From Octopus vulgaris (Eukaryota), in assembly GCA_951406725.2 (NCBI GenBank), contig OX597833.1:55738001-55802000 (forward strand): DNA of 64,000 nt, written 5' to 3'. The position numbers and the translations under genes were made by a program. Below, in pieces: positions 42,288 through 56,597 of the stretch. Each line of letters starts with the position of its first letter. The stretch's first letter is position 1. The notes below the pieces were generated by a model. It had not been told where the DNA came from. It did no database searches and saw only the letters and a list, made by a program, of their open reading frames with translations.

Positions 42288-42363
<76 letters not shown>

Positions 42364-42421
42364 GATGGATAGATAAGATGGGCAGATGGATAGATAGATA
42401 GATAGATAGATAGATAACATG

Positions 42422-42571
<150 letters not shown>

Positions 42572-42603
42572 GATAAGATAGATAGATAGATAGATAGATA
42601 GAC

Positions 42604-42669
<66 letters not shown>

Positions 42670-44040
42670 GATAAGATAGATAGAGAGTGAGAGAGAGAGA
42701 GACAGACAGACAGACAGAAACAGAGACAGAGACAGAGGCAGACAGACAGAGTAGTGATTTAGTTCCTGGAATTAGTAGCAGATTCCTTTGATGTCCCAAA
42801 TGCAGCAGGAACAACTCTGCAAGAATCTAAGTCTGTTCATAGCTCCGACCGCTACTCAAGACGTTTAGTTTTTCACCTCCTTCTCACAAGAGAGCTACAC
42901 TACTTGCCACATACCAAACTGGGTAAGACCTTCGTTTTGGAGCAAGTCGTCATTTTTTCTAGTTTTGTTGTTTTTATAGTTTTTGTTGATTTTTTTTTTT
43001 CGCTCGTAATTGTTGTTGTTGTTGTTGTTTTCCTTGACGTTGATGATGGTGGCGGTGTTGGTGGTTGGTGGTGGAGCTTTTTTGGCAAATCCTTGTTTTG
43101 TTTTATCGGGGGTGAAATCGGGCCAGTTGGGTTAGGAGAAACGTAGCAGTTTGCATAATATAAGCATATGTTTTAATTACATGGATAAGCAGCTCTTATT
43201 GTTGATTAGCATCTTCGCATCTCCTCCTCCGCCACTATCATCATCATCATCATCATCATCATATTCTTCTTCTTCTTCTTCTTCTTCTTCTTCTTCTTCT
43301 TCTCCTCCTTCTTCTTCTTTTTCTTTTTCTTCTTCTTTTTCTTCTTCTTTTTCTTCTTCTTTTTCTTCTTCGTCTTCTTCTTCTTCTTCTTGTCCTCCTC
43401 CTCCTCCTCCCCCTTCTTCTTCTCCGTCTCCTTCTGTTTCTCCCATGTTTTCCACTACTTCTTTTCCTCTTTCTCTCCTCTCTCTTAACCCCCGCCACTT
43501 CCTCCTCTCCTTCTTATTCTCCTCCTTTTTCACCTCTTCTTTTCCTCCTCCTTCTCCTCCTCCCTCTTTCCCTCCTCCTCCTCATCCTCCTCCTTCTTCT
43601 TCTTCTTCTTCTTCTTCTTCTTCTTCTTCTTCTTCTTCTTCTTCTTCTTCTTCATTATCGTCATTATGACCATCATGATCAGCAGCAGCTGACAGAAACG
43701 GTAGAGAGACAGACAAACAGCCTCTCTGACATTTGATTGATTACTTCCCTTTTCGGTCAGTGCCCTAACCCAATCCCGATCAAGTTTGCCCTTTGATAAA
43801 AATAACTCAACTATTTACTGTCGATTTAATCCCTTTATACCATCGACTTAATTTGTAACCCTGTGCTTAGGCTAGAAGTCATTCCTTGGCAGTATTTATT
43901 TTGAATCTTTGGGTTCAGAGTTCAGTTCATACCTGGTATACTTTATCTTTTTTTCCACCCGAGACTGTGTCTATAGTAATAATAATCATCATCATCGCCA
44001 TTATTATTATTATCATTATTATTATTATTATTATTATTAT

Positions 44041-44585
44041 TGAGTGAGAGAGCAGTGCATGTCATCAAAGTGACACTGGAGTAAAATATACGAAGCCCAG
44101 TATACCCATTATGATTACCCGTCTGATAAGGGTACACTAGGCACATACATCACAACCATATGTCCGCGACATGGTGATCTCATATCAAGATAAACAGCAC
44201 ATGACCTTGCAGGTGGGGCCCAGTTAAAATTTAGTAACCCATCCTGCTCAAAAGGTCCTTGAATAAGGGTTGTTTAAGGATGTTGAATGAAACACCCAGG
44301 TTTCCAGAGGTGAATTATTCAAACACCAAAGAATCCCTCTCAACACATGGCTATGATGCTCCCTCACTACTTCTGCTTGTGATCAGAGATGCACATATTG
44401 TCAACCACTAAGGGACATGCTCAACTGGTTAAGGTAAAACAACTGACAAGCAAATCTGTGGTATTGAGCAGAATATTTGATGTAGCCCATCTTTATACCA
44501 AGACAAAACAATGTACATGATAACAGCTGCAATCAGTTAAGATCAGAAGCCATGAGAGCCACTACCTGGTACTGCATCAGGGCAT
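44041..44585 (-). mobile_element. Family C retroposon, full length
   Basis: (tta)n on the left, ttattatt on the right. Homologous to 16786-17342. Confidence 0.85.
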
Positions 44586-45016
44586 TTATTATTGGAGAAC
44601 TGGTAGAATCTCTAGCACGCTGAACGAAATACTTAGCCGTTCGACTTTGCCTTTCGCCGAGGTCGACTTCGAGTTCGATAAATTAAGTACCAGTTGAACA
44701 CTGGGGTCCATGAAATCGACACATTCCCTCCCCCAAACGGACTGCCCTTGTGGCAAAATTTGAAACCATTATTATTATCATTATTCGAAGGCAGCGAGCT
44801 GGTAGAATGGTTAGCACGCTAGACGAAATGCCGGCTTTGCCTTTCATCCTTTCGGTGTTGATAAATTAAGTACCAGTTGAGTGCTGGAGTCGATATAATC
44901 GACTATCCACCTCCCCCAAATTACAGGCCTTGTGCCTATAATAGAAAGGATTATTATTATTATTATTATTATTATGACTATTATTACTATTATTATTGTT
45001 GTTGTTGTTGTTGTTT

Positions 45017-45090
<74 letters not shown>

Positions 45091-45285
45091 TGAGTTAATA
45101 ATGATAATCGGCAAGACAGCTATTGTTGTGACTGGTTATTTACTTAGAGCTGTGAATAGATAAGGAAGTAAAAGAGACGAAAAATAGGAAGAGAAATTTG
45201 ATAGATGATTAGATGATGGGTCATGGTGGTGGTGGTGGTGGTTTTCGTGGTGGTGGTGATGGTGGTGGCGGCGGTAGTCGTGGTT

Positions 45286-45321
<36 letters not shown>

Positions 45322-45580
45322 GCGGTGGTGGTAATGATGGCAATGATAGTGGTGGTGGTAGTGGTAATGATGATGATGATGATGATGATAATGATGATGA
45401 CGTCGTGGTGGTGGTGGTGGTGGTGGTGGTGGTGGTGGTGGTTCTGCTGCTACTGCTACTGATGCTGGTACGAAAGCCGAGGATGATAGTGCTGATAGTG
45501 ATGATGACAAAGATGATGATGAACACATTAACGTCGATAATGATGACGACGACGACGACGACGAAGACGACGACGACGGC

Positions 45581-45614
<34 letters not shown>

Positions 45615-46091
45615 GTAACAATGATGATGTGATGATAGTGGTAATGGTGGATGTTGGTGGCGGAAGATGATGATGAAGAGGAGGAGAAGGAGGAGGAGGA
45701 GGCGTATGTTCGAAGAAGGGGGTATAAGATGACTAGGATGAAAAGAGAGATGAGGAAAAAAAGGCGGAGAAAGTATAAAAGGAGAAAAGAGGATGTCGCC
45801 ACCGCCCCACCCCCCACCGCCACCACCACTCCTGCCACCGTCCCCGCCGTCGCCACCCTCGCTTTCTATTCTGGTGGCAATATGGCCATATTCTGGAATG
45901 ATGAAAAACTATCATCGTAAGTAAGGTTCACCACTTCGCCACCTCAAAGATTTGGAATTAAACCATGAAAAAAAGAGAGAGAGAAGAGAGAGAAAAAAAA
46001 ATGTTAACCAGCTATTTTACAATTTGCTTTTTCTGCTCCTGCATCTACACACACACGCACACACACACACATACACACACACACACGCACA

Positions 46092-46122
<31 letters not shown>

Positions 46123-46242
46123 GTAAACACAAATACATATTTCTGGTTTCTTCATTTTGTTCTATAAATATTTCTTATGTTTCTGTATTGTGCATCTCTC
46201 TCTCTCTCTCTGTCTTTTTATCTCTCACCCTATATATATACA

Positions 46243-46320
<78 letters not shown>

Positions 46321-46429
46321 ACAGCCACAACCACACACACACACGTGTTATCATTGCACACACATACACACATACACACACACGGACACACAGACCTGCG
46401 CGCACGCACATATCCACACTTACACACAC

Positions 46430-46695
46430 AAACCTCCTCTTGCACTCTCATGCCTTTGAAAGAACTTTTCTTCACCCGTTCTCTTCCGGTCATTCAAAAT
46501 GAGACGCGTGTGTACCGTTGGCGATTTTTTTCCCTCTGTCTTCCCTTCTCTGGATCTTTCATTCTTCTATGTTTCCGACGAAGAGCTCCGCTCGAAACGT
46601 CATACCCTCCTTTCCTTCTTTCCTGAGCGTCCGATAATACTCTATTTGTTCCACGTCCTCGCGTTGTTGTTTTTTTTGTGCTATCTTGTTTGGAT

Positions 46696-46699
<4 letters not shown>
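46430..46699 (+). mobile_element. Penelope-like 3' end/pLTR with minimal hammerhead motif (46571-46605), followed by (TA)n
   Basis: guuu-CCGACGA-a-gagc-ucc-gcuc-GAAA-cGUC-auac. Upstream CTLMP.KELFF weakly recalls the TLxPxGxN end of PLE ORFs. Confidence 0.6.
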
Positions 46700-46750
<51 letters not shown>

Positions 46751-46990
46751 ATGTATATATATATATATAAATATAATACATATATATACATATATACTCT
46801 TTTACTCTTTTATTTGTTTCAGTCATTTGACAGCGGCCATGCTGAAGCACCGCCTCTAGTCGAACAAATCGGACCGAGGTTATAGTACAAGAGACTTGCC
46901 CAAGGTGCCATGTAGTGGAACTGAACTCAGAACCATATGGTTGGGAAGCAAGCTTCTTACCACACAGCCACGTTGCGCCTATATATATAC

Positions 46991-47042
<52 letters not shown>

Positions 47043-47939
47043 ACATACAAATATATATGTGTGCATGCGTGTATATATATATATATATGTACATACACAC
47101 ACATATAAAAAATATATATAATATATAAGCAAATTTGTGCTTGTATCTGTAAGTACACACACAAACACATACACGCATGCACATATACACATGTACAATA
47201 TATTTTTATCCGTGCAATATATATGTATACGCATATATATATATATATATACAGGAATATATTATTTTACCATCTAGTTTCATAAATATATTTTTAACTA
47301 TGCAAATATGTGTGTATATTTCTGTCTATATATAAATATATATATATATATATTCACGTGTATGTGTGTGTATTCGTGTGTCTGTAATGTATATAACAGA
47401 TATAGGTGTGTATCTATGTATTACGTATACACACACACATGCGCGCGCGCATGTTAGCGTAAGCGAGTATGTGTAAATATATATATATACATATATATAT
47501 ATATATTTATATATATATATATATATATATACACGTATATATATACACATATATATACACATATATATGTGTATGTATGTATGTATATGTATGCATGTAT
47601 ATGAGTGTGTGTAAACACATAAATAATAAAGTAGATGTGAGAGAAAGATTTATGTAACACACCATAGAAACAATTAGTTATATAAAAGAATATATTTCTA
47701 GTCTTCCTTAAAACTAACATTATACTCTTAACCCCTCAGGGAAAACATATACTGTGTCGGCTTTGTTGAGGTTTTATTCACTTTCAGCACAGTCAGAACT
47801 GCCCGAACCTCGTTTAGACTTGAGAGAAATTATTTAATACAAGTAAAAGTATATTCTTTTAATCTGTTATTCTTTTATTCTTTCCAGTCATTCGACTGCA
47901 TCCATTCTGGAACACTACCTTAAAGGGGTTTTGTCGAAG

Positions 47940-48281
47940 AAATCGATCCCAGTACGCAACTGGTATTTAATTTATCGACTCCGAAAAATAAAAGGCAAAG
48001 TCGAACTCGGCGGAATTTGAACTCAGAACATAAAGACAGACGAAATACTTATTTCTTTACTACCCACAAGGGGATAAACACAGAGAGGACAAACAAGGAC
48101 AGACAAACGAATTAAGTCGTTTACATCGACCCTAGTGCGTAACTGGTACTTAATTTATCGACCCAGAAAGGATGAAAAGCAAAGTTGACCTCGGCGGAAT
48201 TTGAACTCAGAACGTAAAGACAGACGAAATACTGCTAAGCATTTCGCCCGGCGTGCTAACGTTTCTGCCAGCTCGCCGCCT
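47940..48281 (-). mobile_element. SINE A dimer (partial)
   Basis: Junction near 48047-48056. Confidence 0.85.
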
Positions 48282-48436
48282 TCATAAATACATCAATATC
48301 GGTTGTCAAGTGATGGTAGGGGAAGAAACACTGATGCAATGACACACACACACGCATCAACATATATACACAGACACGCACGCACACACACACACACATA
48401 CACACACACACACACACATACATATATATATATAAG

Positions 48437-48488
<52 letters not shown>

Positions 48489-48489
<1 letters not shown>

Positions 48490-48816
48490 TAGCAGTATCG
48501 TCCGGCGTTGCTCGGGTTTGTTTCGACCCTTTAGAATTGGAATTTTTGAAAAGTAAAAATTTTGTATTTTTCTGGTTGAAATACACTGAAAAATGGCGGC
48601 ACAGCAGTTAAAAAAATCGGGATTTTCATAGAAAAAAAGCACCTTTTTGATGTAAATAATTTTTGCTGTTAACATGGTCCGATTTAAATTTTTTCTTCTA
48701 TGGAATGAAGAGCAATTTTGGTCAACTTGCGCCGCAGGGTCTCGGAGGAGATTGTGTTAGTTCACGGCTACCAAACCTGCCATACACAGAAAATTTCAGC
48801 TTTATATATAGAGAGA
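48489..48816 (-). mobile_element. Non-autonomous Helitron inserted in a SINE B microsatellite
   Basis: Reverse complement a|TCtctctatatataaag ... aaacccgagcaacgccggacgatactgCTAG|t. The 3' end matches 16260-16290. Confidence 0.85.
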
Positions 48817-48833
48817 TGTGTGTGTGTGTGTGT

Positions 48834-48890
<57 letters not shown>

Positions 48891-49259
48891 CGATGGGCGT
48901 CTTTCAATTTCCGTCAGCCAAATTCGCTCACAAAGGCTTCGGTCGGCCCGAGGCTATAGTACAAGACACTTGATCCAATATACCGCGCAGTGGGACTGGA
49001 CCCCGAACCAAGTGTTGGAAAGCAAGCTCCTTACCCCACAACCACGCCTGCGCTTATATTTGCATCTTTATATCATATTGAATGCTGTAATCAATAGCAT
49101 CGCTGGTTACACATTTTCGTTGGGCTAATCTCTGGTTCACTGTAGTTACAATGACAAATGCTACAAGGAAGCGTTTGCACAATTTGTTGGAACAAAGTAA
49201 TTTTGATCAAGAGCACGAGTCTATTGGGTTTCTCGCTGATGTTTACATCTGTTGGTTTA

Positions 49260-49449
49260 CCTATTTCTTTACTGTCCACAAGGGGCTACACACAGAGGGG
49301 ACAAACAAGGACAGACAAACGGATTAAGTCGATTATATCGACCTCAGTGCGTAACTGGTACTTATTTAATCGACCCCGAAAGGATGAAAGGCAAAGTCGA
49401 CCTCGGCGGAATTTGAACTCAGAACGTAGCGGCAGACGAAATACTGCTA
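49260..49449 (-). mobile_element. SINE A unit
   Basis: Matches the family consensus. Confidence 0.85.
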
Positions 49450-49938
49450 AAATTTGGTTAAAGTGATTCAAACTGCAGACTCAACGCAAAACGGTCACAT
49501 TTAATTCAAAGCATTAAAAATGTTATGAAAACAATTGGTATGTGTTCACAAAGTCCAAACGATTAATACGAAAAAACCCTCCAGGCTACATCCTGAAAAT
49601 TCATTTCTTTGCCGAATTTCTACAATGTTTACAGCGATTCGTTTTTATATCTTGATTTTTTATTTTTCATGCAATTTACGCATGCTTGCGCGCGTGGTGA
49701 ACACAGTTCACGTCAAATAGCTGACTGAGTAAAGTTCACTATTCAATGCATGGGATAAGGCCTAAACAAACACATTATCGATTTTTGCGCTTGCGAGATG
49801 AATTTCGGAACAGAAATAGCGCAGTTCAATTTTCATTCTCCTAAACTGTAAGTGACCCATTTTTGGTGGTTCTACGCTTTGTTGGCTAGGAGGGGATGTG
49901 CCGGGAAGTTAAACACACAGACACACAAGTTGAGTTTC

Positions 49939-50016
<78 letters not shown>

Positions 50017-50019
<3 letters not shown>

Positions 50020-50375
50020 AGATAAGAAAATGGAGAAATACATCTAAATCAAATATCAATTACCAGATAATACTCAATCACATACTTTATTAAACCACCA
50101 CATAAGAGACTGTAGGGTTAAATATAAAAAGCAGAACAAATCAGTGTACATAAAGGAAAGTACATAAAAAGTGTACATAAAAGAGTAATGTTGTATAATA
50201 AGTAGAATATATATAAAAGAGAATATAAATATAAGTATAGATTACATCTTACTGCTGTTTCGGCCATGTAGATAAGTATGTCTCATTTTACCAATATTAG
50301 CCCTTTATGATTGGTCAATATATAGATATAAATGAGACATTTACAAAAATATCATAAGGCCTCTTCGGAGATTAT
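50017..50375 (-). mobile_element. Penelope-like pLTR abutting (TA)n, with long-stem-II hammerhead motif (50246-50372)
   Basis: Reverse complement aucu-CCGAAGA-ggcc-(~90-nt hairpin)-ggcc-GAAAC-agca-GUA-agau. The 3' end resembles 58246-58561. Confidence 0.6.
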
Positions 50376-51261
50376 GTAATATAACTCAGTCTACATATAT
50401 ACCCACATGGGTGTGGGTGCATACCCACAGTACAACATATACATATACATATGAGTGCATATACTCACACTCCTATACATATAAAAATATACATTTACAT
50501 AATGATATAAATAAATAATATAAATTAGTAAACATATATATGTGTTCCACATTCAATGTCTCAGTTTTTCGATTTAGTATTGTGATAATAAACATACACA
50601 AATTAGTACCTAGATGCAAATATACATAGTCAATAGTACATTATATTACTTCATAATAATTTCTAAAGTGTCATTGTTATCATTATTATCATTCATAATA
50701 TTATTAATAACGCTTACATTAGGATCCAGAGTGGTATATATGTATGTCCGGGTTCCAGTTAATAATTTTCCTTATGACATAAATACACTATTGGATTTGA
50801 ATTTAAAATTATCATTATCTCCCTCACGGTTGATCAATTGGGAGCCATCCGACCTCCACCACACCGCACAAGCAAAACATACACATCCACATCTAACCCC
50901 AAACCCACACATCCACACAGAAACTCACACACACATGTACACACACATGAATACACCCCGACACCTCTCTACACATTCAATAAATTGCAGAGTGCATGTC
51001 TGTCATCGCATGGCTTATAGACATATCAGTACAGGCAGCAGTGTCTAACACTAACACACAAACTCACACGCACATCCGCATATACGCATAAATATTAATA
51101 CACTTTCCTATACTATGTCAGGGAACTTTCGCACACACATATATATATATTTAAATATATATCTGCGCACTCATACGTACAAATAAAACCTATATTTATA
51201 TCCACCCATGAATGAATATTCGCATATACATATATACACATCCAAGTGCGCACCTGCGTGG

Positions 51262-51331
<70 letters not shown>

Positions 51332-51726
51332 TATATGCGCGCACACAGACACAAATACTCTCATATACACACATACATACAAATATATAAATGCTTATAT
51401 ATTTATAACTATCTAATAATATATACCTTCACACATGCACATCAGCGTTATGTCAGTGCGTACGCGTGTCTGCAAATGTACATTCGTGCAGGCGAACATT
51501 TAGGGAGCGGACACATGTGTAGACAAGCAGGCAGACAGTCAATACATTTTGACTAACAGGGTTGTTTATTTGACTTGGAAGTTATTACCGTCAGACCCTC
51601 TTTAAAAGATGCTCTACCTTTAGGGATACCGGGAGGATTGAATTTCATTGATGTTTCCCTTGCCAGCACTAACATCTGCCTTTGATAGCCCCCTCACTCA
51701 CAGCAACACTACATCTTACAAACAGT

Positions 51727-51804
<78 letters not shown>

Positions 51805-51812
51805 GATAGATT

Positions 51813-51886
<74 letters not shown>

Positions 51887-51943
51887 CAAACAGACAGATA
51901 AATAGATAGAAAGATTGATAGATAGTTAGATAGATAGGTCGAG

Positions 51944-52022
<79 letters not shown>

Positions 52023-52384
52023 AAGCGGGAGGGGAGGGCATACCCTAGACATGTTGAAATGCATTCCAGCCGAATGAGTCAGTTTTACGGGAAGATCTTC
52101 CCTTTAAGTTGGTGAAGGAATTGCCACAAAGATACAGACCGGAAACCGACCAAACCGTTCTCCAGACTCTATCCTCGCCCACCCACACAAACACTCACAG
52201 ACCTCACAAATACATGTATAACCACATACACACAAACATTTACGCACATGTATACCTCCATTCATCCATCCATATACATTCATACATATATATATACATA
52301 TATATGTATATATATATATCTACCTATTATATACATTATATTATTTTTGTAATTTACTTAATCTTTACTTTTTAATTTTTTTTT

Positions 52385-52580
52385 TACTTGTTTCGGTCAT
52401 TTGACTGCGGCCATGCTGGAGCACCGCCTTTTAGTCGAGCAAATCGACCCCAGGTCTTATTCTTTGTAAGCCTAGTACTTATTCTAACGGTCTCTTTTGC
52501 CGAACCGTTAAGTAACGGGGACGTAAACATACCAGCATCGGTTGTCAATCGATGTTGGGGGAACAAACACAGACACACAA

Positions 52581-52611
<31 letters not shown>

Positions 52612-52783
52612 CATATATACGACGGGATTCTCTCAGTTTCCGTCTACTAAATCCACTCACAAGGCTTTGGTCTGCCCGAGGCTATAGTAGAAAATACTTT
52701 CCCAAGGTTCCACGCTGTGGGACTGAACCCGGAACCGTGTGATTGGTAAGCAGGCTACTTACCACACAGCCACTCCTGCGCCT
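52385..52783 (-). mobile_element. SINE B, full length
   Basis: Matches the family consensus. Confidence 0.9.
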
Positions 52784-54563
52784 ATTGTTATTTTAATTTT
52801 AACTTTTCTATTATATGTAATTTTCTAGAGGGTGTAATTCAATTATTCATTTTGAATTGATAAAAGGTGATTTTTTCTAATATTTTTATATATATATTAT
52901 ATTGTGTGGAATTTGATTTAGTATTTCTAAATTGAATTCTTTTTCCCTGTAAGTTTGGATTTTATTCCCTCAAATATTAATCATATATATATACTATATA
53001 TTATATTGTTTTATATATATTACGCCATGTGTGTGCGTGCACCTGTGTGTGTATATGTACGTGCGTGTATGTCTGAAGGCACACGGCATAGTTGTTTGGA
53101 TGTAGGATTCGTAATCCTTCAGTTCAATTTCTGGACCGGTTGTACATTCCGTTCTCGAGCAAGGCATTTCATGTCTCGTTGCCCGAGTTCACTCATCTTT
53201 AAGTGAGTTCTTCCAGCCGCATATGAGAGTGTCTTTCCGAAGGACTAACTTCCCATTCAAGAGCACCTTTCACAGATAAGGATTAGCACCCCGAGCAAGG
53301 TTTTATCCGCTGTTGAAAGGTTATTATGATAACCCGTGTTACCCACGGCCTACATTCAGATACGCACGCGTGCACACACACACACATGTATTGCCAACAA
53401 GGATCCGTGTATGAAGTCAATGGAATTTTTAGAAACAGCAGCTAAATAGCCACGAAATCACATTTCAGTGTCTTAAAAAGGAGAAATACATTGAAAAATG
53501 TACGCATTGCTCAAAAACAAAATTGGTTATACTAGAAAATCCTTCATGATAGGGCTATTCAGAGTTAACCAGGAGCTTAACTACTACATCTCTGTGTGCG
53601 CGCGTTTGTTTGTCTGCGTGTGACTGTGTGTGTATGGGTGAATAATGATTAATTTATTAAACTTCTCTTACAAAAAGCTTATTTATTTCGTTTGAAGACG
53701 TTATAAAAATTAATCCAAAATTCTTTTCAAAACAGATTCCTCTATCAAAACTTTATCACAACTCTACATGCAATGATTTATTCATAATAGATAACATCGC
53801 TGTAACTAAAACATAGGAAGGTAACTTGGCATAATCCACCGTGCATCTTTGTCGTTAAAACTAATACAACTAGGAACCTTCCGGCCGATGCTGCCTAATC
53901 TCAGGCATCACGAATTACTTATCTTTCCTCTTCTCATTATTCTTTTTGCCTCAAATCCCTCACCAGGCCCTTCATTAATCATTATTACTAGCTTTTCCTC
54001 CCCAGAACGTAGATCCTCAGGAATCCCATCTGTGTTCCTATTTTCCCCGCAGTGTTGACTTACGATGGTCCAAGATGTATATTAATAATATTAGTGTCAC
54101 CAGTTTAGGAGGGGCTGTGAAGGCGATGGATACAGTCCCTTTCTCCAAACTCAACAATTAGCATTGTGACAGCTTTTCCCACGGACACATAAATCTAACA
54201 AATTTTGCAGCATCAACAACATTAGGGTAAACTATTTCTACCTGGTTAAGTGTCATATAACTTTTTGGATTACACTACAACTCAGAGCATACACCCTCCC
54301 CAGGTCTCTTTAACAGGCAACTTGTAACTTTCGAAATCTCACCAATTGCCTACTCAAAGTAGTGATATACCTCGTTTCCAGGACGTATGTATGTATGTAT
54401 GTATGTATGTATGTATGTATGTATGTACGTATGTATGTATGTATATTGCATTACCGAACATAATACAGAATGATAGTACGAATATAGCCAAACAAAACAC
54501 ATACGTGTAATGTATGTACGCATAAATATAACGTGATCGTCTGCCATTCTCTCATTATATGTG

Positions 54564-54972
54564 CACAACTGCCCTACACTGATCCTATTGTTTTTCTTTT
54601 GACTTAGTGGAAATATCTCTGTATTTGAGAAGACAGAAGAGAGAGAGAAAAAGAAAGAGAAGGGAACAATTCTTCTGGAAGCAACATTTTTAAAGAAATG
54701 CGGAAGAAATTGTTCATTCTATGTATATATTTCAGGAACGTGTGATGTATGGGCGTACAGTGGTCACACAACTGCCCTACACTGATCCTATTGTTTTTCT
54801 TTTGACTTAGTGGAAATATCTCTGTATTTGAGAAGACAGAAGAGAGAGAGAAAAAGAAAGAGAGGGGAAACAATTCTTCTGGAAGCAACATTTTTAAAGA
54901 AATGCGGAAGAAATTGTTCACTCTATGTATATATTTCAGGAACGTGTGATGTATGGGCGTACAGTGGTCACA
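54564..54972. repeat. Tandem duplication, 2 x ~203 bp, nearly identical
   Basis: Units start cacaactgccctacactgatcc at 54564 and 54767. Confidence 0.9.
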
Positions 54973-55159
54973 CGAGGTCAGTAACCAGCACCAGAAGTTT
55001 TATTCATTAAACCGAATACTTAACGGACTTACCATCAGAGCGTTACTATAATGTTGTTATAAGGAAATATCTCGAATATTTATTTGACGTAGCTACTTGT
55101 CAATTTACTAAGTAGTTGCTTAATATAGGTTGATGTTGTTGTTGTTGTTTGTTTGTTTG

Positions 55160-55548
55160 TTTGTTGATCGAAGCGGTCTTCGTCCCAGAGCTCGCAAGAT
55201 CGCGCCTCTGTAGTGGGAGAAGTCCGAAACGTTGGTCCTTTGCTATTCGTAAGACCCGCAGAAGAGAAAGCAGGTCAACCCCCGACGCCGAGAGCATCGA
55301 CGGATGGATGAATGCGCATCCAGGCTCAGCGGTTGCGTAGGAAGTCGGGGACAAGAAACAGGAAGAAAGAGTGAGAGAAAGTTGGAGCGAAAGAGTACAA
55401 CAGGAGTCGCCACCACCCCCTGCCGGAGCCTCGTGGAGCTTTGTGTTTTCGCTCAATAAGCACACACACAACGCCCGGTCTAAGAATCGAAACCGCGATC
55501 CTCCGACCGCGAGTCCGCTGCCCTAACCACTTTGCCATTGCGCCTCCA
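55160..55548 (-). mobile_element. SINE D with tail type 2, ending (aac/aaac)n, inside (GTT)n
   Basis: Head as in family D; the 3' ~190 bp is unrelated to the 27002 copy. Confidence 0.85.
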
Positions 55549-55769
55549 CTGTTGTTGTTGTTGAAGATGATGATGACGAAAATGATGATATTGACGAGAA
55601 TGTAATGATGTTGATGATCGTGATGATGCTGTTTAACTCCGGGTCAGCTGTGATCGAGTAGACCTGCGTCTAGAGGCAGCCTCGTCGAAATCGTCCCTCA
55701 CATTGATAAGTTTGCTCAGTATGACGCAGGGGACTCTTAACCTTTGAGTGACATGTAATTATACAGATA

Positions 55770-55833
<64 letters not shown>

Positions 55834-56345
55834 TGCGTCTGTGTTTGCCCCCCACACACACAACATCGCTTGACATCCGATGCTGGTGTGTAACTTAGCG
55901 GTTCAGTAAAAACAGACCGATAGAACAAGTACTAGACTTACAAAGAAAAACTGCATGGCCGCAATTAAATGACTGAAACAAGTAAAAGAATAAAAGAATA
56001 CTTAGTAGGGTGGACGAAGAATTTTTAATTATTCAAAATTGCGCCTCTGATGAGAAAGAATCATTTTACACGATAAATTAAGGCAAAGGGAGACATGGGA
56101 GACAACTCTGATAATTATTGCTATATGACAGTGTACTAGCAGGAGCTTGAGTCAGCTAGTCGTGAATGTAACACGCAAAAAATAAATGAAATTACAATTG
56201 TAATTGTAATTTCATTAAACCGAATTGATAGATAGCGGAATAGACATCACGACTCTACCACGGTTGTTTTACGTGATCGCTCAGTTAACCGACCAATTAA
56301 CGTCAAGTCATTGCGTGATTCGACTTTCTAAAACTTTTTCCTTGC

Positions 56346-56597
56346 CTTGAGCCCCAGTGTGCACAGCAGATAGAGGGCACAGATTTGTCGTCATGAATAT
56401 AATGCGATTATTTTCCACTTGTGATGGACCAGCCGTAATTTTTATTCCATTTAAATTGTCCCAGTAGTATGTCTCTCCCGGTGTGTAATTGCCGCTGTTT
56501 GTTTTAATCAAAAGACCAATATAAACAACACCGTTTGCAGTAAATAAAGCTTCTGTTGATTGTTTGTGAGCGTTGTTAACTACATCTACACGCAACC
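56346..56597 (-). CDS. Candidate coding exon (84 codons, phase 1-1), divergent C-type-lectin-like module
   Basis: Non-repetitive ORF. Acceptor tgttttctag| lies immediately before it, with a possible GC donor CAAG|gcaag. Peptide has VVYIGL...YYWDN spacing like the CTLD WIGL...W.DG motifs. It could instead run to the stop at 56308. Confidence 0.5.

Noticed and set aside
55222-55240. gtccGAAACGTTggtcc, like a hammerhead 3' half
   Set aside because: There is no upstream CUGANGA, and it lies antisense within the SINE D tail.
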